Shown here piece after piece: positions 1 through 11,464 of a stretch of DNA of 64,000 bases. The translations under genes and the position numbers were made by a program. The notes below the pieces were generated by a model. It was not told the origin of the DNA. It searched no databases and was given only the letters and a program-made list of their open reading frames with translations. The stretch is from Squalus acanthias. Its lineage: Eukaryota. The number at the start of each line of letters is the position of its first letter. Within the stretch, counting starts at the first letter, position 1. Location: NCBI GenBank assembly GCA_030390025.1, contig CM059444.1, positions 58,900,001-58,964,000 of the forward strand, in the 5' to 3' direction.

Positions 1-1470
1 CACATATACCCCCAGGTCTCTCTAGTTCGTGCACCCTTTTCAGGATTGTACCATTTATATTTCCTCTCCTCATTCTTTCTACCAAAATGTATCACTTCAC
101 ACTTTTCTGCGTTAAATTTCATCTGCCACGTGTCTGCCCATTTCACCAGCCTGTCTATGTCTTCCTGAAGTCTATCACTCTCCTCCTCACTGTTCACTAT
201 ACTTCCAAGTTTTGTGTCATCTGCAAATTTTGAAATTGTGCCCTGTACACCCACGTCCAAGTCATTAATATACATCAAGAAAAGCAGTGGTCCTACAACT
301 GACCCCTGGGGACCACCACTGTGTACCTTCCTCCAGTCCAAAAAACAACCGTTCACCACTATTCTCGGTTTCCTATCACTTAGCCAATTCCGTATCCATG
401 CTGCCACTGTCCCTTTTATTCCATGGGCTTCAACTTTGCTGGTAAGCCTATTATGTGGCACTTTGTTTAACGCCTTTTGGAAATCCATGTACACTACGTC
501 AACTGCATTACCCTCATTAACCCTCTCTGCAACCTCATCAAAGAACTCAATCAAGTTAGTTAAACACGATTTGCCTTTAACAAATCCGTGCTGGCTTTCC
601 TTAATTCATTCACACTTGTCCAAGTGACTGTTAATTTTTTCCCTGATTATTGTTTCTAAAAGCTTCCCCACTACTGAGGTCAAACTGACTGGCCTGCAGT
701 TGCTGGGTTTATCTTTGCACCATTTTTTGAACAATGGTGTAACATTTGCAATTCTCCAGTCCTCTGCAACCATCCCGTTTCTAAGGAGGATTGGAATATT
801 ATGGCCAGTTCCCCCTCAATTCCCTCAGCATCCTAGGAATATTTAATACCCAATCCTGCCCTGTTTTGAGCCAGGTCTCAGTTATTGCCACAACATTATA
901 TTTCAATGTGGCTATTTGTGCCTGCAGCTCACTTACCTTGTTTACTATGCTTCGTGCGTTCACATACATACACTGTAAACCCATCTTAGACCATCCTGTA
1001 CTCTCTCTTAGCCTGACCCCACCTAATACCTTACTATTTCTTATTTTAGTGCTCGCTGCCTCTCCCAATCCTTTGAGCACTTTATTTCCCCTTTGTAATG
1101 TTATATTCTGGTGCCCATCACCCTGCCAAATTAGTTTAAACCCTCCTCAACAGCACTAGCAAACCTCCCCTCGAGGATATTGGTTCCGGCCCTGTTCAGG
1201 TGCAACCCGTCCGGCCTGTACAGGTCCCACCTCCCCCAGAACCGGTCCCAATGCCCCAGGAATCTGAAGGCCTCCCTCCTGCACCATCTCTCCAGCCACG
1301 CATTCATCGGCACAATCCTCCTTTTCTATACTCATTAGTGGTGGCACCGGGAGTAATCCGGAGATTACTACCTTTGAGGTCCTGCTTTTTTATCTCTTTC
1401 CTCGCTCCCTGAAATCTGCCTGCAGGACCTCATCTCTCTTTCTACCTATGTCGTTGGTATCGATATGGAT
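1..1470 (-). mobile_element. CR1/HER1-type LINE fragment (ORF1 esterase end, ORF2 start, RT), internally deleted, runs off the window
   Basis: MNAWLERWCRREAFRFLGHWDRFWGRWDLYRPDGLHLN (SGNH-like ORF1); CMYVNARSIVNKV...VAITETWL (APE endonuclease start); RT reverse-complementary to 16800-17540. Confidence 0.9.
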
Positions 1471-1794
1471 ATGGTATCGATTATAAGTTCCTATGTCCAT
1501 GTTTAAAATGGAGACTGCCTATGTACCAGCACTGCCAACAGGGTGGAATTACAGGGTAACTAGCCTACATTGACAGCTTCCATTCTAAACGTGGACATGG
1601 GAGCTTAAAGGCAATGTGTGACTTCAACAGGGGAACTGAATTATATGAGCAAGCCCTGGCCTAATTATCCCCAGCCTCTAACCCCTACATCACCTGAAGA
1701 GACTACACTTGGTCGTGACTCCCTGTGTACAACACCATATACTTTTTCAACTAGCCCATTTATTTTAAACAAGTTAACGACCATTTTACTTGGA

Positions 1795-1935
1795 TGTGCA
1801 CTTGAAGTTCCGTAACCTACAAGGCTACGTACCGAGAGCGAAAAGTGGGATTAGGCTGGATAGCTTTTTTTCGGCCGGCACAGACAGAATGGGCCAAATG
1901 GCCTCCTTCTGTGCCGTACATTTCTATGATGTGAT
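1795..1935 (+). mobile_element. CR1-type LINE 3' end fragment
   Basis: Matches the 3' ends at 9450-9670 and 52040-52190 (ggatgtgcacttgaag...gaatgggccaaatggcctcc). Confidence 0.75.
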
Positions 1936-2138
1936 GATTAATTGTGGAGACATGAATCTCAGATCACCACATTCAGCGTCCATACGCTTGCATCCACAAC
2001 CTAAGTCACCTTGAGACAGCTTCTCACATTAAAAGCGCTACATCAATGCAAGTTGATGTTGTAATTCTAAGACCCTGGTTCACACCATCTTCAGAGTAGC
2101 ACAATACAAACAGGGTGGGTTTTACAGTAGCAGCTCTT

Positions 2139-2451
2139 GGGCAACACGGTGGCATAGTGGTTAGCACTGGTGCCTCACAGCGCCAGGGACCCGGGTTCGA
2201 ATCTGGCCTCGGGTGACTGTCTGTGTGGAGTTTGCACATTCTCCCAGTGTCTGCGTGGGTTTCCTCCGGGTGCTCCGGTTTCCTCCCACAGTCCAAAAAT
2301 GTGGGGGTTAGGTTGATTTGGCTATGATAAATTGACCCTTAGTGTTAGGGGGGGATTAAATATGTGGGGTTACGGGGATAGGGTGGGATATGTGTCGGTG
2401 CAGGCTCGATGGGCCGAGATGGCCTCTATCTGTACTGTGGGGATTCTGTGT
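2139..2451 (+). mobile_element. HE1-like V-SINE (tRNA head, V domain, CR1-like tail)
   Basis: A box GGTGGCATAGTGG, B box GGTTCGAATC, V-domain TGTGTGGAGTTTGCACATTCTCCC...GGGTTTCCTCCGGGTGCTCCGGTTTCCTCCCAC; near-identical copy at 28919-29240. Confidence 0.88.
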
Positions 2452-3063
2452 GAGAGGGCAGGGGCAGGGGCAGGGTGCTGGATTTGGATGATCAGCCATG
2501 ATCGTATTGAATGGTGGAGCAGGCTCGACGGGCCGAATGGCCTACTCCTGCTCCTAGTTTCTATGTTTCTATCCTACGACCTGTGCTAATTATTAACCCT
2601 TCAAGATAAAACTTTCAAAAACGCACATTATACTTTTCCACCATGTCTAGAAAATTATGTAGTGTGAGAATGTTGGAACACAAATAGAATCAAGGGAACA
2701 TATGAACCATAGATTGCATCAATATTAAATGCAATAAAATACGACTGGATCAGTAATGCCCTTTTGTACATGCTCAGGAATGAATGTTGGTCAGGACACC
2801 AGAAGCTACCTGCTCTTCTAATAATGTCATGAGATGTTCTGCATCCACCATATTAAGGTCTCATTTGAAAGATGGCAACTCCGATAATTTATCGCTCCCT
2901 TAGTACTGCACTGAAGTATCAGTCCACAAAAAATACCTTTTTTCAAGTGACAAATATCTGTTGTAGATAGTAAAGGGCAAGATTTCTGCTTCTGTGCTCC
3001 CAAGGCACATTGAGGAATTGCACACTCACCCCATGCTTTTCATCCATGAAAAATCACTGACTT

Positions 3064-3086
3064 GGGGGGGGGGGGGGGGGGGGGGG
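3064..3086 (+). repeat. G23 homopolymer
   Basis: Read directly. Confidence 0.9.
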
Positions 3087-3160
3087 TGCAGTTTCCAGAT
3101 ATGCACTCCCAGAGTGTAAAATTTAAACCTTTAATATTATTTGCATTTTTCACTACTCAC

Positions 3161-3182
3161 CATGCTTGCATTTTGAGCATTG
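3161..3182 (-). CDS. ARIH2: ARIH2 coding exon 9 (22-nt microexon), RING2
   Basis: TCTCTTTCAG|CAA TGC TCA AAA TGC AAG CAT G|GTGAGT encodes QCSKCKH(D), the expected continuation of GGCNHM. The next exon (DFCWMC...) was not found in 1-3160. Confidence 0.93.
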
Positions 3183-3281
3183 CTGAAAGAGAAACAGAAA
3201 TAGATGGTCAGTAATAAAACAGGGCAATCAGCACAATGAAAAATCTATAAAAACACAATGAATAATGCATCATTCTCTCAC

Positions 3282-3332
3282 CATGTGATTGCACCCTCCA
3301 TTTTTCTCAATGCAAATATTGCACTTAGGGCA
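3282..3332 (-). CDS. ARIH2: ARIH2 coding exon 8 (51 nt), RING2 with catalytic Cys
   Basis: TCTTGCAG|TGC CCT...; encodes [17 protein letters not shown]; donor ATG|GTGAGA; phase 0 to 0. Confidence 0.96.
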
Positions 3333-3683
3333 CTGCAAGATTAAAAAAAAATAAGCAATTAGAATAAATATCTCCATAGCAAGTAGGTTAATGCACTGAG
3401 ATTTACCGTCAGCAGCACCGATAACAGAAACATCACAAAGTGTGATAAACTGTAACGTTCTTACGGTTTGGTTTTCCATTTGTTGATTCTTTGGATTATT
3501 TGAACTTGACCTGTGAATACCAACATCAGAGAACTACCCTGGAGGGGTTACTCATCCCAACAATGAGCTAATTAACAATCGATACCAGACACCATTAACC
3601 CAGATGTTTCAGCTTATTTCAGATGTACCAGTGATTAACCCTTGACATTTGTTGCATTGCATCATTTGTTAATGTGTTGTGGG

Positions 3684-3821
3684 CAATGTTCCCTCTAATT
3701 TTTTTTCCCTGCGCAGGCCCTTGAGATTTGCTGCACCGCATCTCTTCCAGCGGAACAGCTGGTGAGCGGCCTGCGTGGGACCTCGTGATCGCGGCCGCGC
3801 ACCTTAGGGGGGGGAACATTG
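3684..3821. mobile_element. hAT-type MITE (CAATGTTCCC family)
   Basis: TIRs CAATGTTCCCTCTAA / TTAGGGGGGGGAACATTG; perfect 8-bp TSD GTTGTGGG at 3676-3683 and 3822-3829. Confidence 0.88.
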
Positions 3822-4146
3822 GTTGTGGGGTAAATTGACGGGTAAATCTAGTGCAATTTGACCTGTACCAAAAGGCTGTTAATGGGTTTTAATAGAAATA
3901 ATTTGCAATGTAACAATTTCTTCTCATCTCTTGAAGTCTCTCCCTGCAGTGCACCTTTTAGGACAGGCTGCTGTCAATGCTCTTCTGCAGCCATCCTGTA
4001 CAATGAACAAGAACAGTCTGGGCAAACTACATCTTCACTTTCCCCACACGTACCTGGCCTCTGCTCATTAGCTTCCCACACTGGTGCCGTTGAGGCCAGT
4101 AGCTCACCTGCATCCTATTGCTACACGTTGGAACTTCAACAGACGA

Positions 4147-4578
4147 GTGTCAGCTGTGGCTCAGTTGGTAGCACTCTTGCTTTTGAGTCAGAAGGTTGTG
4201 AGTTCATAGTCCCACTCCAGACACTTGAGCACAAAAACATAGGCTGACACGCCAGTGCAGTACTGAGGGAGTGTTGCACTGTCGGAGGTGCCAGCTGCTC
4301 TCTCAAGTGGACATAAAAGATCCCACGGCACTATTTTGAAGAACAAGGGAGTTCTCTCCAGTGGCCTGGGCAATATTTTTTTCATCAAGAAACATCACCA
4401 AAACAGATTATCTGGTCATTATCACATTGCTGTTTGTGGGAACTTGCTGTGTGCAAATTGGCTGCCACGTTTCCTACACTACAACAGTGACTACACTTCA
4501 AAAATGCTTCATTGGCTGTAAAGCGATTTGGAACAGCTTGAGGTTGTGAAAAGCGCTATAGAAATGCAAGTCTTTTTA
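4147..4578 (+). mobile_element. Deu-domain SINE (SacSINE1/AmnSINE1-like)
   Basis: tRNA-like head GTGGCTCAGTTGGTAGC, Deu core ...GGACATAAAAGATCCCACGGCACTATTTTGAAGAACAAGGGAG, tail ...GCGCTATAGAAATGCAAGTCTTT. Confidence 0.85.
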
Positions 4579-4793
4579 TTATGCTGACCCAATACACACT
4601 TTCTGGAATGCAAGCTTGGTATGTCACTGTAATACTCCACTGGGGGAAGGGGCGGGGTGGCGAATAGAAGAAATAAAATCTTAAACTTTTTTAAACATTT
4701 CCCTGGAACTTTTCAGAGTTTATTTTGGACCCTTCCAAATAAAAGCTGGGTATAAAAAACATTTTGATGGAAACTGGAAGAAAAAATGTATAG

Positions 4794-5704
4794 AAGCATA
4801 GAATGGTTACAGCACAGAAGGCGGCCATTCGAGCCCGTGCCGGCTCTCTGCAAGAGCACTTCAGCTAGTCCCACTCCCCCGCCCTTTCCCCGTAGCCCTG
4901 CAAATTTTTTTCCATCAGGTACTTATCCAATTCCCTTTTGAAAGCCACGATTGAATCTGCCTCCACCACCCTTTCAGGCAGTGCATTCCAGATCCTAACC
5001 ACTTGCTGCGTAAAAAAGTTTTTCCTCACGTCGCCTTTGGTTCTTCTGCCAATCACCTTAAATCTGTGTCCTCTGGTTCTCGACCCTTCCGCCAATGGGA
5101 ACAGTTTCTCTCTATCTACTCTGTCCAGACCCCTCATGATTTTGAGCACCTCTATCAAATCTCCTCTCAACCTTCCTGCTCTAAGGAGAACAACCCCAGC
5201 TTCTCCAGTCTATCCACGTAACTGAAGTCCCTCATCCTTGGAACCATTCTTCTGAATCTTTTCTGCACCCTCTCTAAGGCCTTCACATCCTTCCTAAAGT
5301 ACGGTGCCGAGAATTGGACACAGTACTCCAGTTGAGGCCGAACCAGTGTTTTATAAAGGCTCATCATAACTTCCTTGCTTTTGTACTCTATGCCTCTATT
5401 TATGAAGCCCAGGATCCAGTATGCTTTTTTAACCACTTTCACAACCTGCCCTGCCTCCTTCAACAATTTCTGCACATATACCCCCAGGTCTCTCTGTTCA
5501 TGCACCCGCTTCAGGAATGTACCCTTTAGTTTATATTGCCTCTCCTCGTTCTTCCTACCAAAATGTATCACTTCGCACTTTTCAGTTATATTTCAGCTGC
5601 CACGTGTCCGCCCATTCCACCAGCCTGTCTATGTCCTCTTGAAGTCCATCACTATCCTCCTCACTGTTCACTATACTTTCAAGTTTTGTGTCATCTGCAA
5701 ATTA
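4794..5704 (-). mobile_element. CR1/HER1-type LINE 3' fragment
   Basis: ORF2 C-terminus LYKTLVRPQLEYCVQF...RGDLIEVLKIMRGLDRVDREKLFPLAEGSRTRGHRFKV, followed by the 3' UTR. Confidence 0.9.
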
Positions 5705-5713
5705 TCTTGTATG

Positions 5714-5810
5714 CTTGTTTCCTCTAATTTCGCGCATGCTCAGTTTTTCCATTTAAAAGCCGGTGAGCCGGCTGCACGGGACCTCCAGACTGCACTCAAA
5801 GGGAACATTG
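5714..5810. mobile_element. hAT-type MITE, short degraded copy
   Basis: Right TIR GGGAACATTG, degenerate left TIR, 8-bp TSD CTTGTATG at 5706-5713 and 5811-5818. Confidence 0.72.
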
Positions 5811-7439
5811 CTTGTATGTATGTTTCCTACATTACAACAGTGACTACACTTCAAAAGTACTTCATTGGCTGTAAAGCACTTTGGGATGTCCTGAGGTCGT
5901 GAAAGGCTCGATACAAATGCAAGCCTTTTTTCTTTCTTGTACAGTAACTGAAAGTTGTGCATGCGTATTCATTGTAAATTTGTACATGAATTGTAAATGG
6001 CAAAACACATTAAACATTATACCAAAAAAGTCAAGCCCTAAAAAAACTCCACAAAGAATTTGGTATAAAAGAACTTGTATTTATATCGTGCCTTTCACAT
6101 CCTCAGAACATCCCAAATCACTTCATAGCTAATAAATTACTTCTGAAGTAGAGTCAGTTTTGTAGGCTAATGCAGCAGCAAGATCCCACAAACACGAGAG
6201 GGATAAATGACCCGTTAATCTGCTTTCATGGTACTGGTTGAGGTAATTGTCAACACAGATAAAGGAACGACTGAAAAGCCTGTCATTCCATATTGCTCTT
6301 GTACCTCCTAGCAGTGAAGTGTGAAAGAGCACTGGCAAATATCTGGGTGTTGGTCTGCAGCTGTCCTGAAAGGCGCATTGCAGGAAGAGACTTCAGGAGG
6401 AAGAAAAGAAAAAAAATCTTTTGCATCAATATTTGTCCGTAATCCATTGCATATTATTTCTTTTGAAGGTATTCAGTAGTCTCAAATGGATTTAATGGCT
6501 TTCGGTACACACTGAGAAAGTAATGATCGTCAGGACACCAGAATTACCTGCTCATTGAATAGTACCACGAGATCTTTCACGTCCACCAGTTCAAGGTCTC
6601 ATTTGTAAAAGGGGACCTCCGATAATTTATCATTGGCTCAGTACTGCACTGAAGTGTCAGCTTAGATTGTGTGCACAGGTCCTGGAATGTGGCTTGAACC
6701 CCCAACCTTCTAGTTCAGAGGGAAGAATGCTAACAGCTGAGCCAAGCCCTTTAAAACCATAATTAGAAAATGGAGATGACTTGGGAATGCGGCGTCAGCC
6801 ATTGAACACTACGCCAGACAAAAGACATGGATTTTGTCTTATGAATGTATAGCAAGGCAGTACAGCTTTACCTCAAAATATCACCATGGCAGCACAAGTA
6901 TCAGATAATTACATTTAGTCACCCAATAAGATTAAAGTATTTATAAAACAGGCACTGGTACAAATCTCGATCCAAGTACGGCGATTGTAAAATATGGGAA
7001 GAGTGCCTTTAATGGCCTTTTATTGGGGAGGGGTTGTCAATGATTGACTTGTATCCCTGTAATGAAGGCACTAACGTTGGTTGGCCTTTACCTACAGTCC
7101 CATTAGTCTAGCTATACAAATAAAATCCAAGATCGGGCAAATAAAAGCAGTGCCAAAGAACACCGAGCTAACAAAACATTTAGCAAAATGTTGTTCTGAC
7201 TGTTTATTTCCCTAAATGCTTATCCCCCGCTGAGTATACAGTTTTGATCCGTGTCCCAGTTTGGACATAAATCCTCAAGTTATGGTTAGAACGATGTTAC
7301 AGTGGAATCCTGAGTTCCACAAGGTGTAACATCGATTCCAACATCTATACTGATCGCACCAGCAATTATCATTTGTTCACATTCATTAGGATTCTACCTC
7401 CAGCACTGAGCTACTTCACAGCCAAACAAAACCATTGGC

Positions 7440-8245
7440 TTTATTTTATTTTTGATCTCGGGATGTCAGCGGCAGCATTTATTGCCCATCCCTGACTGCC
7501 TTCAGAAAGTGGTGGTGGGCCGCATTCTTGAACCACTGCAGCCCTTGTGATGATAAAAAGACTTGCATTTATATAGCGCCTTTCATGTCTAATAGGACGT
7601 CCCAAAGCGCTTTACAGCCAATGAGGTACTTTTGAAGTGTAGTCACTGTTGTAATGTACGAAACTCAGCAAGCTCCCACAAACAGCAGTGATAATAATGA
7701 CCAGATAATCTGTTTTTTCTTCGCGATGTTGATTGAGGGATAAATATTGACCAGGACACCCGGGATAACTCCCCTGCGCTTCTTCGAAATAGTGCCGTGG
7801 AATCTTTTACGTCCACCTGATAGAGCAGACGGGCCTCGGTTTAACGTCTCATCCGAAAAGATAGCACCTCCAACAGTGCAGCACTCCCTCAGTACTGCAC
7901 TAGAGCATCAGCCTAGATTTTGTGCTCAAGTCTGTGGAGTGGGACTCAGAGGCGAGCGTGCTACCCACTGAGCCACGTCTGACACTATGCCGATACTCCC
8001 ATGATGGGTGTTGGGTAGAGAACTGCAATATTTTTATACCATAGTGCCGAAGGAGCAGCAATGTATGTCCCGGTCAGGATGGTGTGCGAGACTTGGGAAG
8101 GGAACTTGCAGAAGATGGTGCTCCCACGCCAGCACTGCTCTTGTCCTTCTTGGTGGTACAGGTAAAGTAGCTGGGAGGTGCTGCTGAAGTAAGCTTGGCA
8201 TGTTGTTGCAGTGCATCCTGTGGATAATGCAGACTGCAGCGTGGC
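7440..8245 (-). mobile_element. Degraded jockey-group LINE 3' fragment interrupted by a Deu-SINE
   Basis: Similar to 12135-12500 (MHCNNMPSLLQQHLP...WEHH) on both sides of the SINE at 7557-7986. Confidence 0.7.
7557..7986 (-). mobile_element. Deu-domain SINE, near full length
   Basis: Reverse complement of the 49066-49526 copy. Confidence 0.85.
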
Positions 8246-8755
8246 AGTGCGGAGCAGCAGCTATAGTATTTAGCTTATTCCAGGCGCTGGACGTATTGCA
8301 GTAAACATTGTGCTGAAAGCAGCATGAGATTGCTACCAGGGACCCAAGGAATGAGAGTTTAAGAGTGTAACACAGCCAAATTCAGAATCAGAACAGTTCA
8401 GTTTACACAAGAAGATAACTTCCCATTAAAAAACTAGAACTGTGGTCAGAGTGTGTTCACAGTTTGAATTACCAATGTGCTGTATCATGGTGTGGGGTGG
8501 GCGGTAGAATTCACCTCTACAAATATCCATGCAGAGTTTTCCCCATTTCTTCCAGGAAAAAAGGCATCAAAAGGAGAATTGGCATTTAGCTTGAGGAAGT
8601 AGTATTGGGGCTGGGTGGGGGGGGGAGATAGGACCCCCCCTCCCTCCCTCCCAAAAGGCAGCACTGACGAGCAAGCGCATGCACAATATTTTAAAGGGAC
8701 CGCGCTGCCCCCAAAAAAATTACAGGGAACATTGGCACAGACTGCAGCAAACCTC

Positions 8756-8975
8756 AAATAAAAACAGAAAATGCTGGAAATACTCAGCAGGTCAGGCAGC
8801 ATCTGTAGAGAGAGAAACAGAGTTAACGTTTCAGTTCGATGACCCTTCATCATCAACCTGAAACATCAACTCTGTTTCTCGCTCCACAGATGCTGCCTGA
8901 CCTGCTGAGTATTTCCAGCATTTTCTGTTTTTATTTCAGATTTCCAGCATCCGCAGTATTTTGCTTTTGTATTAG
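8756..8975. mobile_element. Penelope pseudo-LTR-derived fold-back element
   Basis: Inverted arms of about 90 nt (AAAACAGAAAATGCTGGAAATACTCAGCAGGTCAGGCAGCATCTG... / reverse complement) with almost no spacer; same sequence as the termini of the Penelope element at 28422-29708. Confidence 0.82.
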
Positions 8976-10024
8976 CAACTAACCTCAAACTTGATTAACT
9001 TGAGCCCACTGAAGCGATGGTGTATAGAGACTTCCATTAGCAGAAAACAAGTAGCAATGTAGTGAGATACCCTTTCATATGATTATCTGTTAAGGTACCC
9101 TAAAAAGCTCATGGACAAAGTATGGTGGCATGGCACCTTTTGACTGGGAATAAGAGCAAGTGAATAATGCAACAGGGGCAAGTGTGAATGAAGCTACTGC
9201 AGATAGCCTCCATTAAAAAACCCCACCTCCCAGCCCTCCAACAGACAAGTAATTCAGTGTCAAGGCTGGAACTCCTAATAATCAGATAGTAACCAGTTAT
9301 GAAAATGAATGAAACAAAACAAAAATCGCCCAATGTTCTTGCTCATCAGCAAGTCTGGTTGAGAAACAAGTATGTGTGGGCATGGGTTGAGAACAGGATC
9401 AGATTGTTACGATGCTCCGTATAGACAAATAGCCTACTGACATTCCCAGAGGGTGTCTGGAACTCTCTGCCTGAAAGGGTGGTAGAGGCAAAAAATCTCA
9501 TCGCATTGAAAAAGTACTTGGATATGCACCTGAAGTGCCATAACCTACAGGGCTACGGACCAAGAGCTGGAAAGTGGGATTTGGCTGGAGAGCTCTTTTG
9601 CGGCCAGCACAGACACGATGGGCTGAATGGCCTCCTTCTGTGCCATAAATTTCCATGATTCTATGATTCATGACTTGGCTCACGTGTTTTATTTGTTCTC
9701 TGGGCGTGGGCGACACCAGCAGGACCGTATTTACTGGCCATCTTTAATTGTACTGAGAAAGTGGTGATGGGCCTTCTTTCATTGTGACTGTTTCACAACT
9801 GAGTGGGTTGCTAGGCCACTCCAGAGTCAAGCACATAGCTGGGGGATTAGAGTCAGGTCAGAGTGGGTAGTAGGGCTGACAAGTTCCTTTTCGCTGAAGG
9901 ACATCAGTGAATTAGATCAGTTTATAAAACAATCTGATTGCTTATTCTGGTGCCACCCACAACTGACCAGATTAACTGAATTCAATTTCATAACTTGCCA
10001 TGGTACTGGTTCCGGTAGTCTACT

Positions 10025-10585
10025 GCTGGTTATGTTACTGGACTAGTCAGAAGCACAAAAGCAAAGTACTGCGGATGCTGGAAATCTGAAATAGAAGCAG
10101 AAAATGCTGGAAATACTCAGCCGGTCAGGCAGCATCTTTGGAGAGAGAAAAAGAGTTAACATTTCAGGTCGATGACCTTTCGTCAGATGCTGCCTGACCT
10201 GCTGAATATTTCCAGCATTTTCTGTTTTTATTAGTAATCCAGAAGCCTGGCCGAATAATCCAGAGAACTTGATTTCAAATCCCACCATAGCAGTTTGAGA
10301 ATTTTATTCAGTTTTAAAAATCTGGAAATAAAAAGCTGGTATCAGTAAAAGTGACCACAAATCTGTTGGATTGCCCTTTTAGGGAAGGAGACCTGACCTA
10401 TACATGACTCTGGTCCCACACCAATGATGCTGACTCTTCCCTGCTCTCTGAGGTGGCCTAGCAAGCCACTCGGTTGTAGCAAACCACTGTGGTTCAAGAG
10501 GGAGGCCCACCTTCTCAGGGCAACCAGAGATGGGCAATAATTGCCAGCGATGCCCAAATCCAGAGAATAAATGAAAAAAATAAAC
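10025..10585 (+). mobile_element. tRNA-derived SINE (jockey-LINE tail family) interrupted by a Penelope fold-back element
   Basis: Head GGTTATGTTACTGGACTAGT|AATCCAGA is split at 10047/10236; it is contiguous in the copy at 18997-19024. Tail ...CTTCTCAGGGCAACCAGAGATGGGCAATAA. Confidence 0.75.
10049..10232. mobile_element. Penelope pseudo-LTR-derived fold-back element
   Basis: Complete pLTR end on one side, truncated inverted arm (CAGATGCTGCCTGACCTGCTGA...TTTTCTGTTTTT) on the other. Confidence 0.8.
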
Positions 10586-10654
10586 AAACATCTCTGGGCC
10601 ATTAGACCAGTACCAGAGCCACTACACTACTGCACTATATTGGTATCTCCTTAC

Positions 10655-10772
10655 ATCTTTTGTATGTGCACTGATGTAATTTGCAGTCTCCGAGTCATCA
10701 GCACATTTGGTGAGCCATTTTTTAATAGTGGTACAGTCAGTGGGAGCGTGGTACATCTGGCGACACTTGAAG
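10655..10772 (-). CDS. ARIH2: ARIH2 coding exon 7 (118 nt), end of IBR and linker
   Basis: TCTTGCAG|C TTC AAG...; encodes (C)[39 protein letters not shown]; donor GAT|GTAAGG; phase 2 to 0. Confidence 0.96.
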
Positions 10773-11464
10773 CTGCAAGACAAGAAATGCTGGTTAGGAT
10801 CCATGTAATAACATTGCTTCCCGATTAATTTGGACAGCAACTACAGTTAAAATTGAGACATTTCCAATGTTCTCTACTTCATGGGATCTGGTTCAAGCCC
10901 CGCTCCAGGAATCGCGCACATAAGCCAGGCTGAGACTTCAGTGCATTACAGACGGACTGCTTCACTGTTGGGGCGGTGTTCCTCGGGCGCAATGTTAAAC
11001 CAAGGTCCCACCTGCTTGTCCTGATGATTCAGAAAAGAATTAAAGATCCGATTGCACGATTCAAACGATGTCCTCTGCCCAATACCTTTCTGTCAACACA
11101 AACCACTAAAATAGATTAACTGGTTATTCATATATGTGGGAAAGTTGCACTGTGCAAAGCAGCTGCCAAGTGCACCTACAGTAACTGCGCTTCAAAGCAA
11201 TTCACTGTACACAAAGAGATTTGGGAGATGTGATGAGCCACTATATCAATGCAACTTCTTTTATCTTTGCCCAATCTATCCGCTAATAAATTGAAACCGT
11301 GTGCTTCCAAGATTTTGATCCAAACGTAACCCATTCCAGCTGACCAAAAAAACATTTCTTGTATTGCACGAAAGTACATAGGTTTTTCCCCTACACCAAG
11401 AGGAACAATGCTTCACTCCTGTTTATCCAACAAACTGATTTCCCATAAAGCAGACTGCAGATAC

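Noticed and set aside
2139-2210. tRNA-like sequences with A and B boxes (also near 4155, 18985, 28920, 49066)
   Set aside because: They are SINE heads that continue into SINE bodies, not tRNA genes.
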